From NCBI RefSeq assembly GCF_016903815.1, contig NZ_CP069973.1: a stretch of 64,000 nt of DNA; one strand, given 5' to 3'. Below, in pieces: positions 43,884 to 58,186 of the stretch; position 1 is the first letter of the stretch; each line of letters begins with the position of its first letter. The DNA is from Escherichia coli. GTDB taxonomy: Bacteria > Pseudomonadota > Gammaproteobacteria > Enterobacterales > Enterobacteriaceae. Both the position numbers and the translations under genes were made by a program. The notes below the pieces were generated by a model that worked only from the letters and a program-made list of their open reading frames with translations, was not told the DNA's origin and did not search any database.

Positions 43884-44004
43884 TCGCAGTATTTCGAATT
43901 GCGACAAGGCGGCAACTGAACGAATCCTTGGGAGCTTACAAAAGTAAGTGACTAAGGTGAGTGAAGGCAGCCAAGGCAGTAGCGGTTCGAAAGACGAAGA
44001 TTAA
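43884..44004. repeat. ERIC (IRU) intergenic repeat element inside the glyV-glyX spacer
   Basis: ...GAATCCTTGGGAGCTTACAAAAGTAAGTGACTAAGGTGAGTGAAGGCAGCCAAGGCAGTAGCGGTTCGAAAGACGAAG... matches the ERIC core (GAATCCCCAGGAGCTTACAT / AAGTAAGTGACTGGGGTGAGCG, i.e. the ERIC1R/ERIC2 primer regions). It is an imperfect palindrome centred at ~43940. Confidence 0.8.
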
Positions 44005-44080
<76 letters not shown>

Positions 44081-44115
44081 AAATTTGAAAGTGCTGTAAA
44101 GCACAGACCACCCAA

Positions 44116-44191
<76 letters not shown>

Positions 44192-44460
44192 AATTCTTCT
44201 CTCAATAAAATATCCACAGCGACGCGATGCGTTATTGCTGGTTTTTGTTGTCTCTGACAAACTCTTGTAAACAGAGTTATCCACAGTCTCAGGCTGTAAT
44301 CTTAATTTCAAAGAAACTTCGCACGGTGAATAGTATTTTTTTAACCTATTGATAGATAAGTTAAAAATTAAGATTTCGTTTTGTCGTATCGATCACTTGA
44401 CGATTTTTTCCGGCTTGAATTGCAATGCGTTTTTATTTTTATTCACAAGCTGTGGATGAA

Positions 44461-45598
44461 TCAGGCGTCACGCGGTAACCCTTTTTCAATCACCCGAACC
44501 AGACGCTGTTTTTTCGGTAATTGCACTTCGACCACGCACGCATTTCGCCTCTCGATTTGCTGCGCAATCGCCCACGCTATGTGCTCATCGAGAAGTGGGT
44601 GCTCACCTTTACGACTTTCCAGCGCTGTCAAAATCGTTTCATCCCAGGGGGCATTGCCTAATGCTACGGCGATATTACGCAGCCAACGCAGGTGACCTAT
44701 ACGGCGAATCGCCGAACCTTCCGTGACTTTTAAAAACTTCTCTTCACTCCAGGCGAATAACTCAATGAGTTCCGGTGCGTGTAGCGGCTTACGCGGGCTG
44801 AAATCGTCTTCTGTAGTGAGTTGCGAATAGCGATTCCACGGGCAGATAAGCTGGCAGTCATCGCAACCGTAAATACGGTTTCCCATTAACGGTCGCAACT
44901 CTTCCGGGATCGCCCCCTCCAGTTCGATGGTGAGATAAGAGATACAGCGGCGAGCATCGACGGTATATGGCTCGACGATGGCTCCGGTCGGGCAAATCGT
45001 CATACAGGCCACGCATTTACCGCATCCTTCCTCGACTGGTTGATCCACGGGCAGAGGAATATCGACCAGCAATTCGCCTAAAAAGAAGAATGAACCGGCC
45101 TCGCGATTGAGGATAAGTGAGTGCTTACCTGTCCAGCCAAGTCCTGCTTTTTCAGCTAACGGGCGCTCGAGAATAGGCGCAGAATCGACAAACGGTCTAA
45201 AATTCAGCGAAACACAATGTTGCTGAATCATCTCGCCCAGCTTTTTGAGTCGGTTGCGCAGAAGCTTGTGATAGTCACGGCCCAGCGCATAACGGCTAAC
45301 ATAGCCGAGTTTGGGATTTTTCAGCGTGCTGGCAAATGCGGCGTTAGCAGGAAGGTAATTCATCCGCACGCTGATCACGCGCAGCGTACCGGGCAATAAT
45401 TCGTGAGGACGAGCACGCAGCATACCGTGACGCGCCATCCAGTCCATTTCGCCGTGGTATTGTTTGTCCAGCCATGCTTGCAGTTTGGGCTCGGACGCGC
45501 TGAGATCGGTATCGGTAATACCTACCTGCTGAAAGCCCAGTTCCAGCCCCCACTGTTTAATTTTTTGCGCTAACTGATTGAGATCGAGGGGCTCTGAC

Positions 45599-45600
<2 letters not shown>
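44461..45600 (-). CDS. queG: Epoxyqueuosine reductase QueG (YjeS)
   Basis: 379 aa from MSEPLDLNQLAQKIKQWGLELGFQQVGITD, with the 4Fe-4S motifs CGKCVACMTICP and CDDCQLICP. Confidence 0.94.
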
Positions 45601-47579
<1,979 letters not shown>

Positions 47580-47597
47580 CCTTTGAAAGGTGGCGGG

Positions 47598-48935
47598 ATG
47601 ATGTATCGCATCAGAAATTGGTTGGTAGCGACGTTGCTGCTGCTGTGCGCGCCGGTGGGTGCCGCGACGCTCTCTGATATTCAGGTTTCTAACGGCAACC
47701 AACAGGCGCGGATAACGTTGAGTTTTATTGGCGATCCTGATTATGCGTTTAGCCATCAAAGCAAACGCACCGTGGCGCTCGATATCAAACAAACGGGCGT
47801 GATTCAGGGACTGCCGTTGTTGTTCAGCGGCAATAATCTGGTGAAGGCGATTCGCTCTGGAACGCCTAAAGATGCACAAACGCTACGGCTGGTGGTCGAT
47901 CTTACCGAAAATGGTAAAACCGAAGCGGTGAAGCGGCAGAATGGCAGCAATTACACTGTCGTCTTTACGATTAACGCCGATGCGCCGCCACCGCCTCCTC
48001 CGCCGCCTGTGGTTGCGAAACGCGTTGAAACGCCTGCGGTTGTCGCACCGCGCGTCAGCGAACCGGCGCGCAATCCGTTTAAAACGGAAAGTAACCGCAC
48101 TACGGGTGTTATCAGCAGTAATACGGTAACGCGTCCGGCAGCGCGTGCGACGGCTAACACAGGCGATAAAATTATCATCGCTATTGATGCCGGACACGGC
48201 GGTCAGGATCCTGGCGCTATCGGCCCCGGTGGTACGCGGGAGAAAAATGTCACCATCGCCATCGCGCGTAAATTGCGTACTTTGCTCAATGACGATCCGA
48301 TGTTTAAAGGCGTTTTAACTCGTGATGGGGATTACTTTATTTCGGTGATGGGGCGCAGCGATGTGGCACGTAAGCAAAACGCCAATTTCCTCGTGTCGAT
48401 TCACGCTGATGCCGCACCAAACCGCAGTGCGACTGGCGCTTCCGTATGGGTGCTCTCTAACCGTCGTGCAAACAGCGAGATGGCAAGCTGGCTGGAACAG
48501 CATGAGAAACAGTCGGAGCTATTGGGCGGAGCGGGCGATGTGCTGGCGAACAGTCAGTCTGACCCCTATTTAAGCCAGGCGGTGCTGGATTTACAGTTCG
48601 GTCATTCCCAGCGGGTAGGGTATGATGTAGCGACCAGTATGATCAGTCAGTTGCAACGCATTGGCGAAATACATAAACGTCGGCCAGAACATGCCAGCCT
48701 TGGTGTTCTGCGTTCGCCGGATATCCCGTCAGTACTGGTCGAAACCGGTTTTATCAGCAACAACAGCGAAGAACGTTTGCTGGCGAGCGACGATTACCAA
48801 CAACAGCTGGCAGAAGCCATTTACAAAGGCCTGCGCAATTATTTCCTTGCGCATCCGATGCAATCTGCGCCGCAGGGTGCAGCGGCACAAACGGCCAGTA
48901 CGGTGACGACGCCAGATCGCACGCTGCCAAACTAA
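47598..48935 (+). CDS. amiB: N-acetylmuramoyl-L-alanine amidase AmiB
   Basis: 445 aa from [30 protein letters not shown], with a poly-Pro linker and an Amidase_3 domain. Confidence 0.95.
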   Translation: MMYRIRNWLVATLLLLCAPVGAATLSDIQVSNGNQQARITLSFIGDPDYAFSHQSKRTVALDIKQTGVIQGLPLLFSGNNLVKAIRSGTPKDAQTLRLVVDLTENGKTEAVKRQNGSNYTVVFTINADAPPPPPPPPVVAKRVETPAVVAPRVSEPARNPFKTESNRTTGVISSNTVTRPAARATANTGDKIIIAIDAGHGGQDPGAIGPGGTREKNVTIAIARKLRTLLNDDPMFKGVLTRDGDYFISVMGRSDVARKQNANFLVSIHADAAPNRSATGASVWVLSNRRANSEMASWLEQHEKQSELLGGAGDVLANSQSDPYLSQAVLDLQFGHSQRVGYDVATSMISQLQRIGEIHKRRPEHASLGVLRSPDIPSVLVETGFISNNSEERLLASDDYQQQLAEAIYKGLRNYFLAHPMQSAPQGAAAQTASTVTTPDRTLPN

Positions 48936-48944
48936 GGATTATTG

Positions 48945-50792
48945 ATGCCAATTCAGGTCTTACCGCCACAACTGGCGAACCAGATTGCCGCAGGTGAGGT
49001 GGTCGAGCGACCTGCGTCGGTAGTCAAAGAACTGGTGGAAAACAGCCTCGATGCAGGTGCGACGCGTATCGATATTGATATCGAACGCGGTGGGGCGAAA
49101 CTTATCCGCATTCGTGATAACGGCTGCGGTATCAAAAAAGATGAGCTGGCGCTGGCGCTGGCTCGTCATGCCACCAGTAAAATCGCCTCTCTGGACGATC
49201 TCGAAGCCATTATCAGCCTTGGCTTTCGCGGTGAGGCGCTGGCGAGTATCAGTTCGGTTTCGCGCCTGACGCTCACTTCACGCATCGCAGAACAGCAGGA
49301 AGCCTGGCAGGCCTATGCCGAAGGGCGCGATATGGACGTAACGGTTAAACCGGCGGCGCATCCGGTGGGAACGACGCTGGAGGTGCTGGATCTGTTCTAC
49401 AACACCCCGGCGCGGCGCAAATTCCTGCGCACCGAGAAAACCGAATTTAACCATATCGATGAAATTATTCGCCGCATTGCGCTGGCGCGTTTCGACGTCA
49501 CGATCAACCTGTCGCATAACGGTAAAATTGTGCGTCAGTACCGCGCAGTGCCGGAAGGCGGGCAAAAAGAACGGCGCTTAGGCGCGATTTGCGGCACCGC
49601 TTTTCTCGAACAAGCGCTGGCGATTGAATGGCAACACGGCGATCTTACGCTGCGCGGCTGGGTGGCAGATCCGAATCACACCACGCCCGCACTGGCGGAA
49701 ATTCAGTATTGCTATGTGAATGGTCGCATGATGCGCGATCGCCTGATCAATCACGCGATCCGCCAGGCCTGTGAAGACAAACTGGGGGCCGATCAGCAAC
49801 CGGCATTTGTGCTGTATCTGGAGATCGACCCACATCAGGTGGACGTCAACGTGCACCCTGCCAAACACGAAGTGCGTTTCCATCAGTCGCGTCTGGTGCA
49901 TGATTTTATCTATCAGGGCGTGCTGAGCGTGCTACAACAGCAACTGGAAACGCCGCTACCGCTGGACGATGAACCACAACCTGCACCGCGCGCCATCCCG
50001 GAAAACCGCGTGGCGGCGGGGCGCAATCATTTTGCTGAACCGGCAGTTCGTGAGCCAGTAGCTCCGCGTTACACTCCTGCGCCCGCCTCAGGCAGTCGTC
50101 CGGCTGCCCCTTGGCCGAATGCGCAGCCAGGTTACCAGAAACAGCAAGGTGAAGTGTATCGCCAGCTTTTGCAAACGCCCGCGCCGATGCAAAAACCAAA
50201 AGCGCCAGAACCGCAGGAACCTGCACTTGCGGCGAACAGTCAGAGTTTTGGTCGGGTACTGACTATCGTCCATTCCGACTGTGCGTTGCTGGAGCGCGAC
50301 GGCAACATTTCACTTTTAGCCTTGCCAGTGGCAGAACGTTGGCTGCGTCAGGCGCAACTGACGCCGGGTGAAGCGCCAGTTTGCGCCCAGCCGTTGCTGA
50401 TTCCGCTGCGGCTAAAAGTTTCTGGTGAAGAAAAATCGGCATTAGAAAAAGCGCAGTCTGCCCTGGCGGAATTGGGTATTGATTTCCAGTCCGATGCGCA
50501 GCATGTGACCATCAGGGCCGTGCCTTTACCCTTACGCCAACAAAATTTACAAATCTTGATTCCTGAACTGATAGGCTACCTGGCGAAGCAGTCCGTATTC
50601 GAACCTGGCAATATTGCGCAGTGGATTGCACGAAATCTGATGAGCGAACATGCGCAGTGGTCAATGGCACAGGCCATAACCCTGCTGGCGGACGTGGAAC
50701 GGTTATGTCCGCAACTTGTGAAAACGCCGCCGGGTGGTCTGTTACAATCTGTTGATTTACATCCGGCGATAAAAGCCCTGAAAGATGAGTGA
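48945..50792 (+). CDS. mutL: DNA mismatch repair protein MutL
   Basis: 615 aa from [40 protein letters not shown]. Confidence 0.97.
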
Positions 50793-51735
50793 TATCAGTA
50801 AGGCGAGCCTGCCTAAGGCGATTTTTTTGATGGGGCCGACGGCCTCCGGTAAAACGGCGTTAGCCATTGAGCTGCGTAAAATTTTACCAGTAGAGTTGAT
50901 AAGCGTTGATTCTGCCCTTATTTACAAAGGGATGGATATCGGGACGGCGAAGCCGAACGCTGAAGAGTTACTCGCCGCGCCGCACCGATTGCTGGATATT
51001 CGCGATCCGTCGCAGGCTTACTCGGCTGCTGATTTTCGCCGCGATGCGCTGGCGGAAATGGCCGATATCACCGCGGCGGGGCGGATCCCACTGTTAGTGG
51101 GCGGTACTATGTTGTATTTCAAGGCATTGCTGGAAGGGTTGTCGCCGCTACCGTCGGCAGACCCGGAAGTGCGGGCCAGAATTGAGCAACAGGCGGCAGA
51201 GCAAGGTTGGGAGTCATTGCATCGTCAACTTCAGGAGATCGATCCGGTTGCGGCAGCAAGGATTCATCCAAATGATCCACAAAGGCTTTCCCGGGCACTG
51301 GAAGTTTTTTTCATTTCGGGTAAAACTTTAACGGAACTGACGCAAACGTCAGGAGACGCTCTACCGTATCAGGTGCATCAGTTCGCCATCGCCCCGGCGA
51401 GCCGTGAACTGCTCCATCAACGAATTGAGCAGCGTTTTCATCAGATGTTGGCTTCAGGTTTTGAAGCAGAAGTCCGGGCGCTTTTTGCCCGAGGAGATTT
51501 GCATACGGACTTGCCTTCCATTCGTTGCGTGGGTTATCGCCAGATGTGGTCTTACCTTGAAGGCGAAATCTCATACGATGAAATGGTTTATCGAGGTGTT
51601 TGCGCCACGAGACAGTTGGCGAAGCGGCAGATAACCTGGCTGCGTGGTTGGGAAGGGGTTCACTGGCTTGACAGTGAAAAACCAGAACAAGCGCGTGACG
51701 AAGTATTACAGGTTGTTGGTGCTATCGCAGGCTGA
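50785..51735 (+). CDS. miaA: tRNA dimethylallyltransferase MiaA
   Basis: 316 aa with the P-loop GPTASGKT. It overlaps the mutL stop by 8 nt. Confidence 0.97.
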
Positions 51736-51808
51736 ATGTGTACAATTGAGACGTATCGTGCGCAATTTTTTCAGAATCGAAAGGTTCAAAGTACAAATAA
51801 GCATATAA

Positions 51809-52148
<340 letters not shown>

Positions 52149-52204
52149 ACACGGGGAGCCAGCGATCCTGCGTTCCCCGCTGATCTATTTAGAGGGTTAT
52201 ACGC

Positions 52205-53485
52205 TTGTTTGACCGTTATGATGCTGGTGAGCAGGCGGTACTGGTACACATCTATTTTACGCAAGACAAAGATATGGAAGACCTCCAGGAGTTTGAATCT
52301 CTGGTCTCTTCCGCCGGTGTCGAAGCATTGCAGGTGATTACCGGTAGCCGTAAAGCGCCGCACCCAAAGTATTTTGTAGGTGAAGGTAAAGCAGTTGAAA
52401 TTGCGGAAGCTGTCAAAGCGACGGGTGCTTCGGTCGTTCTTTTTGACCATGCCCTGAGCCCGGCGCAAGAGCGTAACCTGGAGCGTTTGTGCGAGTGTCG
52501 TGTCATCGACCGCACCGGCCTTATTTTAGATATTTTCGCCCAACGTGCCCGTACCCATGAGGGTAAGTTGCAGGTTGAGCTGGCGCAGCTGCGCCATCTG
52601 GCTACGCGCCTGGTGCGTGGCTGGACCCACCTTGAAAGACAGAAAGGCGGGATAGGTTTGCGTGGTCCGGGTGAAACCCAGCTCGAAACCGACCGTCGTT
52701 TGTTGCGTAATCGCATCGTGCAGATACAGTCGCGCCTGGAAAGAGTTGAAAAGCAGCGTGAGCAGGGGCGGCAATCGCGTATCAAAGCCGACGTTCCTAC
52801 TGTTTCGCTGGTGGGATATACCAACGCCGGTAAATCTACCCTTTTCAATCGCATCACCGAAGCGCGGGTCTACGCGGCAGACCAGTTGTTTGCCACCCTC
52901 GACCCGACGTTGCGGCGTATTGACGTCGCAGATGTCGGTGAAACCGTGTTGGCAGATACCGTAGGGTTTATTCGCCACCTGCCGCACGATCTGGTGGCGG
53001 CATTTAAAGCCACGTTACAAGAGACGCGGCAAGCCACATTGCTGCTGCACGTCATTGATGCGGCGGATGTACGTGTACAAGAAAACATCGAAGCGGTGAA
53101 TACGGTTCTTGAAGAGATCGACGCTCACGAGATCCCAACCCTGCTGGTGATGAACAAGATCGATATGCTGGAAGATTTCGAACCGCGTATTGATCGGGAC
53201 GAAGAGAACAAACCGATCCGTGTCTGGCTTTCCGCACAGACCGGAGCGGGGATACCACAGCTTTTTCAGGCTTTGACGGAGCGGCTTTCCGGCGAGGTGG
53301 CGCAGCATACATTGCGTCTGCCACCGCAGGAAGGGCGTCTGAGAAGTCGTTTTTATCAGCTTCAGGCAATAGAAAAAGAGTGGATGGAGGAGGACGGCAG
53401 CGTAAGTCTGCAAGTTCGTATGCCGATCGTTGACTGGCGTCGCCTCTGTAAACAAGAACCGGCGTTGATCGATTACCTGATCTAA
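52205..53485 (+). CDS. hflX: Ribosome-associated GTPase HflX
   Basis: 426 aa with a TTG start, [30 protein letters not shown]..., and the G1 motif GYTNAGKST. Confidence 0.96.
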   Translation: MFDRYDAGEQAVLVHIYFTQDKDMEDLQEFESLVSSAGVEALQVITGSRKAPHPKYFVGEGKAVEIAEAVKATGASVVLFDHALSPAQERNLERLCECRVIDRTGLILDIFAQRARTHEGKLQVELAQLRHLATRLVRGWTHLERQKGGIGLRGPGETQLETDRRLLRNRIVQIQSRLERVEKQREQGRQSRIKADVPTVSLVGYTNAGKSTLFNRITEARVYAADQLFATLDPTLRRIDVADVGETVLADTVGFIRHLPHDLVAAFKATLQETRQATLLLHVIDAADVRVQENIEAVNTVLEEIDAHEIPTLLVMNKIDMLEDFEPRIDRDEENKPIRVWLSAQTGAGIPQLFQALTERLSGEVAQHTLRLPPQEGRLRSRFYQLQAIEKEWMEEDGSVSLQVRMPIVDWRRLCKQEPALIDYLI

Positions 53486-53570
53486 CGGCGTAGCGTCTGA
53501 AGCGTGGAGTCATATCCTCTGGCGTCGAAAGACAACAGGGATCACCGCATAACAAATATGGAGCACAAAC

Positions 53571-54830
53571 ATGGCGTGGAATCAGCCCGGTAATAACGGA
53601 CAAGACCGCGACCCGTGGGGAAGCAGCAAACCTGGCGGCAACTCTGAGGGAAATGGAAACAAAGGCGGTCGCGATCAAGGGCCACCTGATTTAGATGATA
53701 TCTTCCGCAAGCTGAGCAAAAAGCTCGGTGGTCTGGGCGGCGGTAAAGGCACCGGATCTGGCGGTGGCAGTTCATCGCAAGGCCCGCGCCCGCAGCTTGG
53801 CGGTCGTGTCGTTACCATCGCAGCGGCAGCGATTGTCATTATCTGGGCGGCCAGTGGTTTCTATACCATTAAAGAAGCCGAACGTGGCGTGGTAACACGC
53901 TTTGGTAAATTCAGCCATCTGGTTGAGCCGGGTCTGAACTGGAAACCGACGTTTATTGACGAAGTCAAACCGGTGAACGTGGAAGCCGTGCGTGAACTGG
54001 CAGCTTCTGGTGTGATGCTGACGTCGGACGAGAACGTAGTGCGCGTTGAGATGAACGTGCAGTACCGCGTCACCGATCCGGAAAAATATCTGTATAGCGT
54101 GACCAGCCCGGATGACAGCCTGCGTCAGGCTACCGACAGCGCCCTACGCGGGGTTATCGGTAAATACACCATGGACCGCATTCTGACGGAAGGTCGTACC
54201 GTGATTCGTAGCGATACTCAGCGCGAACTGGAAGAGACGATTCGTCCGTATGACATGGGTATCACGCTGCTGGACGTCAACTTCCAGGCTGCTCGTCCGC
54301 CGGAAGAAGTAAAAGCGGCGTTTGACGATGCGATTGCCGCGCGTGAAAACGAACAGCAATACATTCGTGAAGCAGAAGCGTATACCAACGAAGTTCAGCC
54401 GCGTGCGAACGGTCAGGCGCAACGTATCCTCGAAGAGGCGCGTGCGTACAAGGCCCAGACCATCCTGGAAGCTCAGGGTGAAGTGGCGCGCTTTGCTAAA
54501 CTTCTGCCGGAATATAAAGCCGCGCCGGAAATTACTCGCGAGCGTCTGTATATCGAGACGATGGAAAAAGTGTTGGGCAACACCCGCAAAGTGCTGGTTA
54601 ACGATAAAGGTGGCAACCTGATGGTTCTGCCATTAGACCAGATGCTGAAAGGTGGTAACGCCCCTGCGGCGAAGAGCGATAACGGTGCCAGCAATCTGCT
54701 GCGTCTGCCGCCAGCCTCTTCCACCACAACCAGTGGAGCAAGCAACACGTCGTCCACCAGTCAGGGCGATATTATGGACCAACGCCGCGCCAACGCGCAG
54801 CGTAACGACTACCAGCGTCAGGGGGAATAA
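53571..54830 (+). CDS. hflK: FtsH modulator HflK
   Basis: 419 aa with a Gly-rich N-terminus and an SPFH domain. Confidence 0.96.
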   Translation: MAWNQPGNNGQDRDPWGSSKPGGNSEGNGNKGGRDQGPPDLDDIFRKLSKKLGGLGGGKGTGSGGGSSSQGPRPQLGGRVVTIAAAAIVIIWAASGFYTIKEAERGVVTRFGKFSHLVEPGLNWKPTFIDEVKPVNVEAVRELAASGVMLTSDENVVRVEMNVQYRVTDPEKYLYSVTSPDDSLRQATDSALRGVIGKYTMDRILTEGRTVIRSDTQRELEETIRPYDMGITLLDVNFQAARPPEEVKAAFDDAIAARENEQQYIREAEAYTNEVQPRANGQAQRILEEARAYKAQTILEAQGEVARFAKLLPEYKAAPEITRERLYIETMEKVLGNTRKVLVNDKGGNLMVLPLDQMLKGGNAPAAKSDNGASNLLRLPPASSTTTSGASNTSSTSQGDIMDQRRANAQRNDYQRQGE

Positions 54831-54832
54831 CG

Positions 54833-55837
54833 ATGCGTAAGTCAGTTATCGCGATTATCATCATCGTGCTGGTAGTGCTTTACATGTCTGTCTTTGTCGT
54901 CAAAGAAGGTGAACGCGGTATTACGCTGCGTTTTGGTAAGGTACTGCGTGACGATGACAACAAACCTCTGGTTTATGAGCCGGGTCTGCATTTCAAGATA
55001 CCGTTCATTGAAACGGTGAAAATGCTCGACGCACGTATTCAGACCATGGACAACCAGGCCGACCGCTTTGTGACCAAAGAGAAGAAAGACCTGATCGTCG
55101 ACTCTTACATCAAATGGCGCATCAGCGATTTCAGCCGTTACTACCTGGCAACGGGTGGTGGCGACATTTCGCAAGCGGAAGTGCTGTTGAAACGTAAGTT
55201 CTCTGACCGTCTGCGTTCTGAAATTGGTCGCCTGGACGTGAAAGACATCGTCACCGATTCCCGTGGTCGTCTGACCCTCGAAGTACGTGACGCGCTGAAC
55301 TCCGGTTCTGCGGGTACAGAAGATGAAGTTACTACCCCGGCAGCAGATAACGCCATTGCCGAAGCGGCAGAGCGCGTAACGGCTGAGACGAAGGGTAAAG
55401 TTCCGGTCATCAACCCGAACAGTATGGCGGCGCTGGGTATTGAAGTTGTCGATGTGCGTATTAAGCAGATCAACCTGCCGACCGAAGTGTCTGAAGCGAT
55501 CTACAACCGTATGCGCGCCGAGCGTGAAGCGGTAGCGCGTCGTCACCGTTCACAAGGTCAGGAAGAAGCGGAAAAACTGCGTGCGACTGCCGACTATGAA
55601 GTGACCAGAACGCTGGCAGAAGCTGAGCGTCAGGGCCGCATCATGCGTGGTGAAGGCGATGCAGAAGCAGCCAAACTGTTTGCTGATGCATTCAGTAAAG
55701 ATCCGGACTTCTACGCATTTATCCGTAGCCTGCGTGCTTATGAGAACAGCTTCTCTGGCAATCAGGACGTGATGGTCATGAGCCCGGATAGCGATTTCTT
55801 CCGCTACATGAAGACGCCGACTTCCGCAACGCGTTAA
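54833..55837 (+). CDS. hflC: FtsH modulator HflC
   Basis: 334 aa with an SPFH domain. It starts 2 nt after the hflK stop. Confidence 0.96.
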   Translation: MRKSVIAIIIIVLVVLYMSVFVVKEGERGITLRFGKVLRDDDNKPLVYEPGLHFKIPFIETVKMLDARIQTMDNQADRFVTKEKKDLIVDSYIKWRISDFSRYYLATGGGDISQAEVLLKRKFSDRLRSEIGRLDVKDIVTDSRGRLTLEVRDALNSGSAGTEDEVTTPAADNAIAEAAERVTAETKGKVPVINPNSMAALGIEVVDVRIKQINLPTEVSEAIYNRMRAEREAVARRHRSQGQEEAEKLRATADYEVTRTLAEAERQGRIMRGEGDAEAAKLFADAFSKDPDFYAFIRSLRAYENSFSGNQDVMVMSPDSDFFRYMKTPTSATR

Positions 55838-55918
55838 TATAACGACTGCGGTACAGGTCAATAAAGCCACCGCATCCTCAGGGATGTCGGTGGTTTTCTT
55901 TTTCTATAAGGATAATGA

Positions 55919-56116
55919 ATGAATTCGACAATCTGGCTGGCGCTTGCCCTGGTTTTGGTACTGGAAGGTTTAGGGCCGATGCTTTACCCGAAGGCATGGA
56001 AGAAGATGATCTCTGCGATGACCAATTTGCCCGATAATATTTTACGTCGTTTTGGCGGTGGACTTGTGGTTGCGGGCGTTGTGGTCTACTACATGTTGAG
56101 GAAAACGATTGGCTGA
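55919..56116 (+). CDS. yjeT: Small membrane protein YjeT (DUF2065)
   Basis: 65 aa, MNSTIWLALALVLVLEGLGPMLYPKAWKKMISAMTNLPDNILRRFGGGLVVAGVVVYYMLRKTIG. Confidence 0.9.
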   Translation: MNSTIWLALALVLVLEGLGPMLYPKAWKKMISAMTNLPDNILRRFGGGLVVAGVVVYYMLRKTIG

Positions 56117-56216
56117 ACAAAAAACAGACTGATCGAGGTCATTTTTGAGTGCAAAAAGTGCTGTAACTCTGAAAAAGCGATGGTAGAATCCATTTTTAAG
56201 CAAACGGTGATTTTGA

Positions 56217-57518
<1,302 letters not shown>

Positions 57519-57722
57519 TTCTGGTACGCCTGGCAGATATTTTGCCTGCCGGGCTAACAGTGTGATACATTGCTGTGTCGGGTAAGCCATTACGCTATCC
57601 GACACAGTGTTAAATCCTCGCTTTTTTCCTTCCCCGAACTGAAATAAATTAGCGACACAGCTTGTGGCTGGTTTATCATCAATATAAATGTATTTTTTCC
57701 CGATTTCCCTTTTGAGGTTGAT

Positions 57723-58148
57723 GTGCAGTTAACGAGTTTCACTGATTACGGATTACGTGCGCTGATCTACATGGCGTCATTGCCAGAAGGGCGGATGACC
57801 AGTATTTCTGAAGTGACTGACGTCTACGGCGTCTCCCGTAATCATATGGTCAAAATAATCAATCAACTTAGTCGTGCCGGCTACGTGACTGCTGTTCGTG
57901 GAAAAAATGGCGGCATTCGTCTGGGTAAACCGGCGAGTGCGATACGTATTGGTGATGTGGTGCGCGAGCTGGAGCCCTTATCGCTGGTGAATTGCAGCAG
58001 TGAGTTTTGCCACATTACACCTGCCTGTCGGTTGAAACAGGCACTTTCTAAGGCCGTGCAAAGTTTTCTTACGGAACTGGATAACTACACGCTTGCCGAT
58101 TTGGTTGAAGAGAATCAACCGCTTTATAAATTATTGCTGGTGGAGTGA
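57723..58148 (+). CDS. nsrR: NO-sensing Rrf2-family repressor NsrR
   Basis: 141 aa with a GTG start, [55 protein letters not shown]... Confidence 0.96.
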
Positions 58149-58186
58149 CGAAAATCTTCATCAGAGATGACAACGGAGGAACCGAG

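Noticed and set aside
47975-48010. Poly-proline tract in amiB, Lys-rich tail of rnr (60360-60625), and GGM repeat at the groL 3' end, considered as unusual repeats
   Set aside because: These are normal, conserved low-complexity features of the K-12 proteins.
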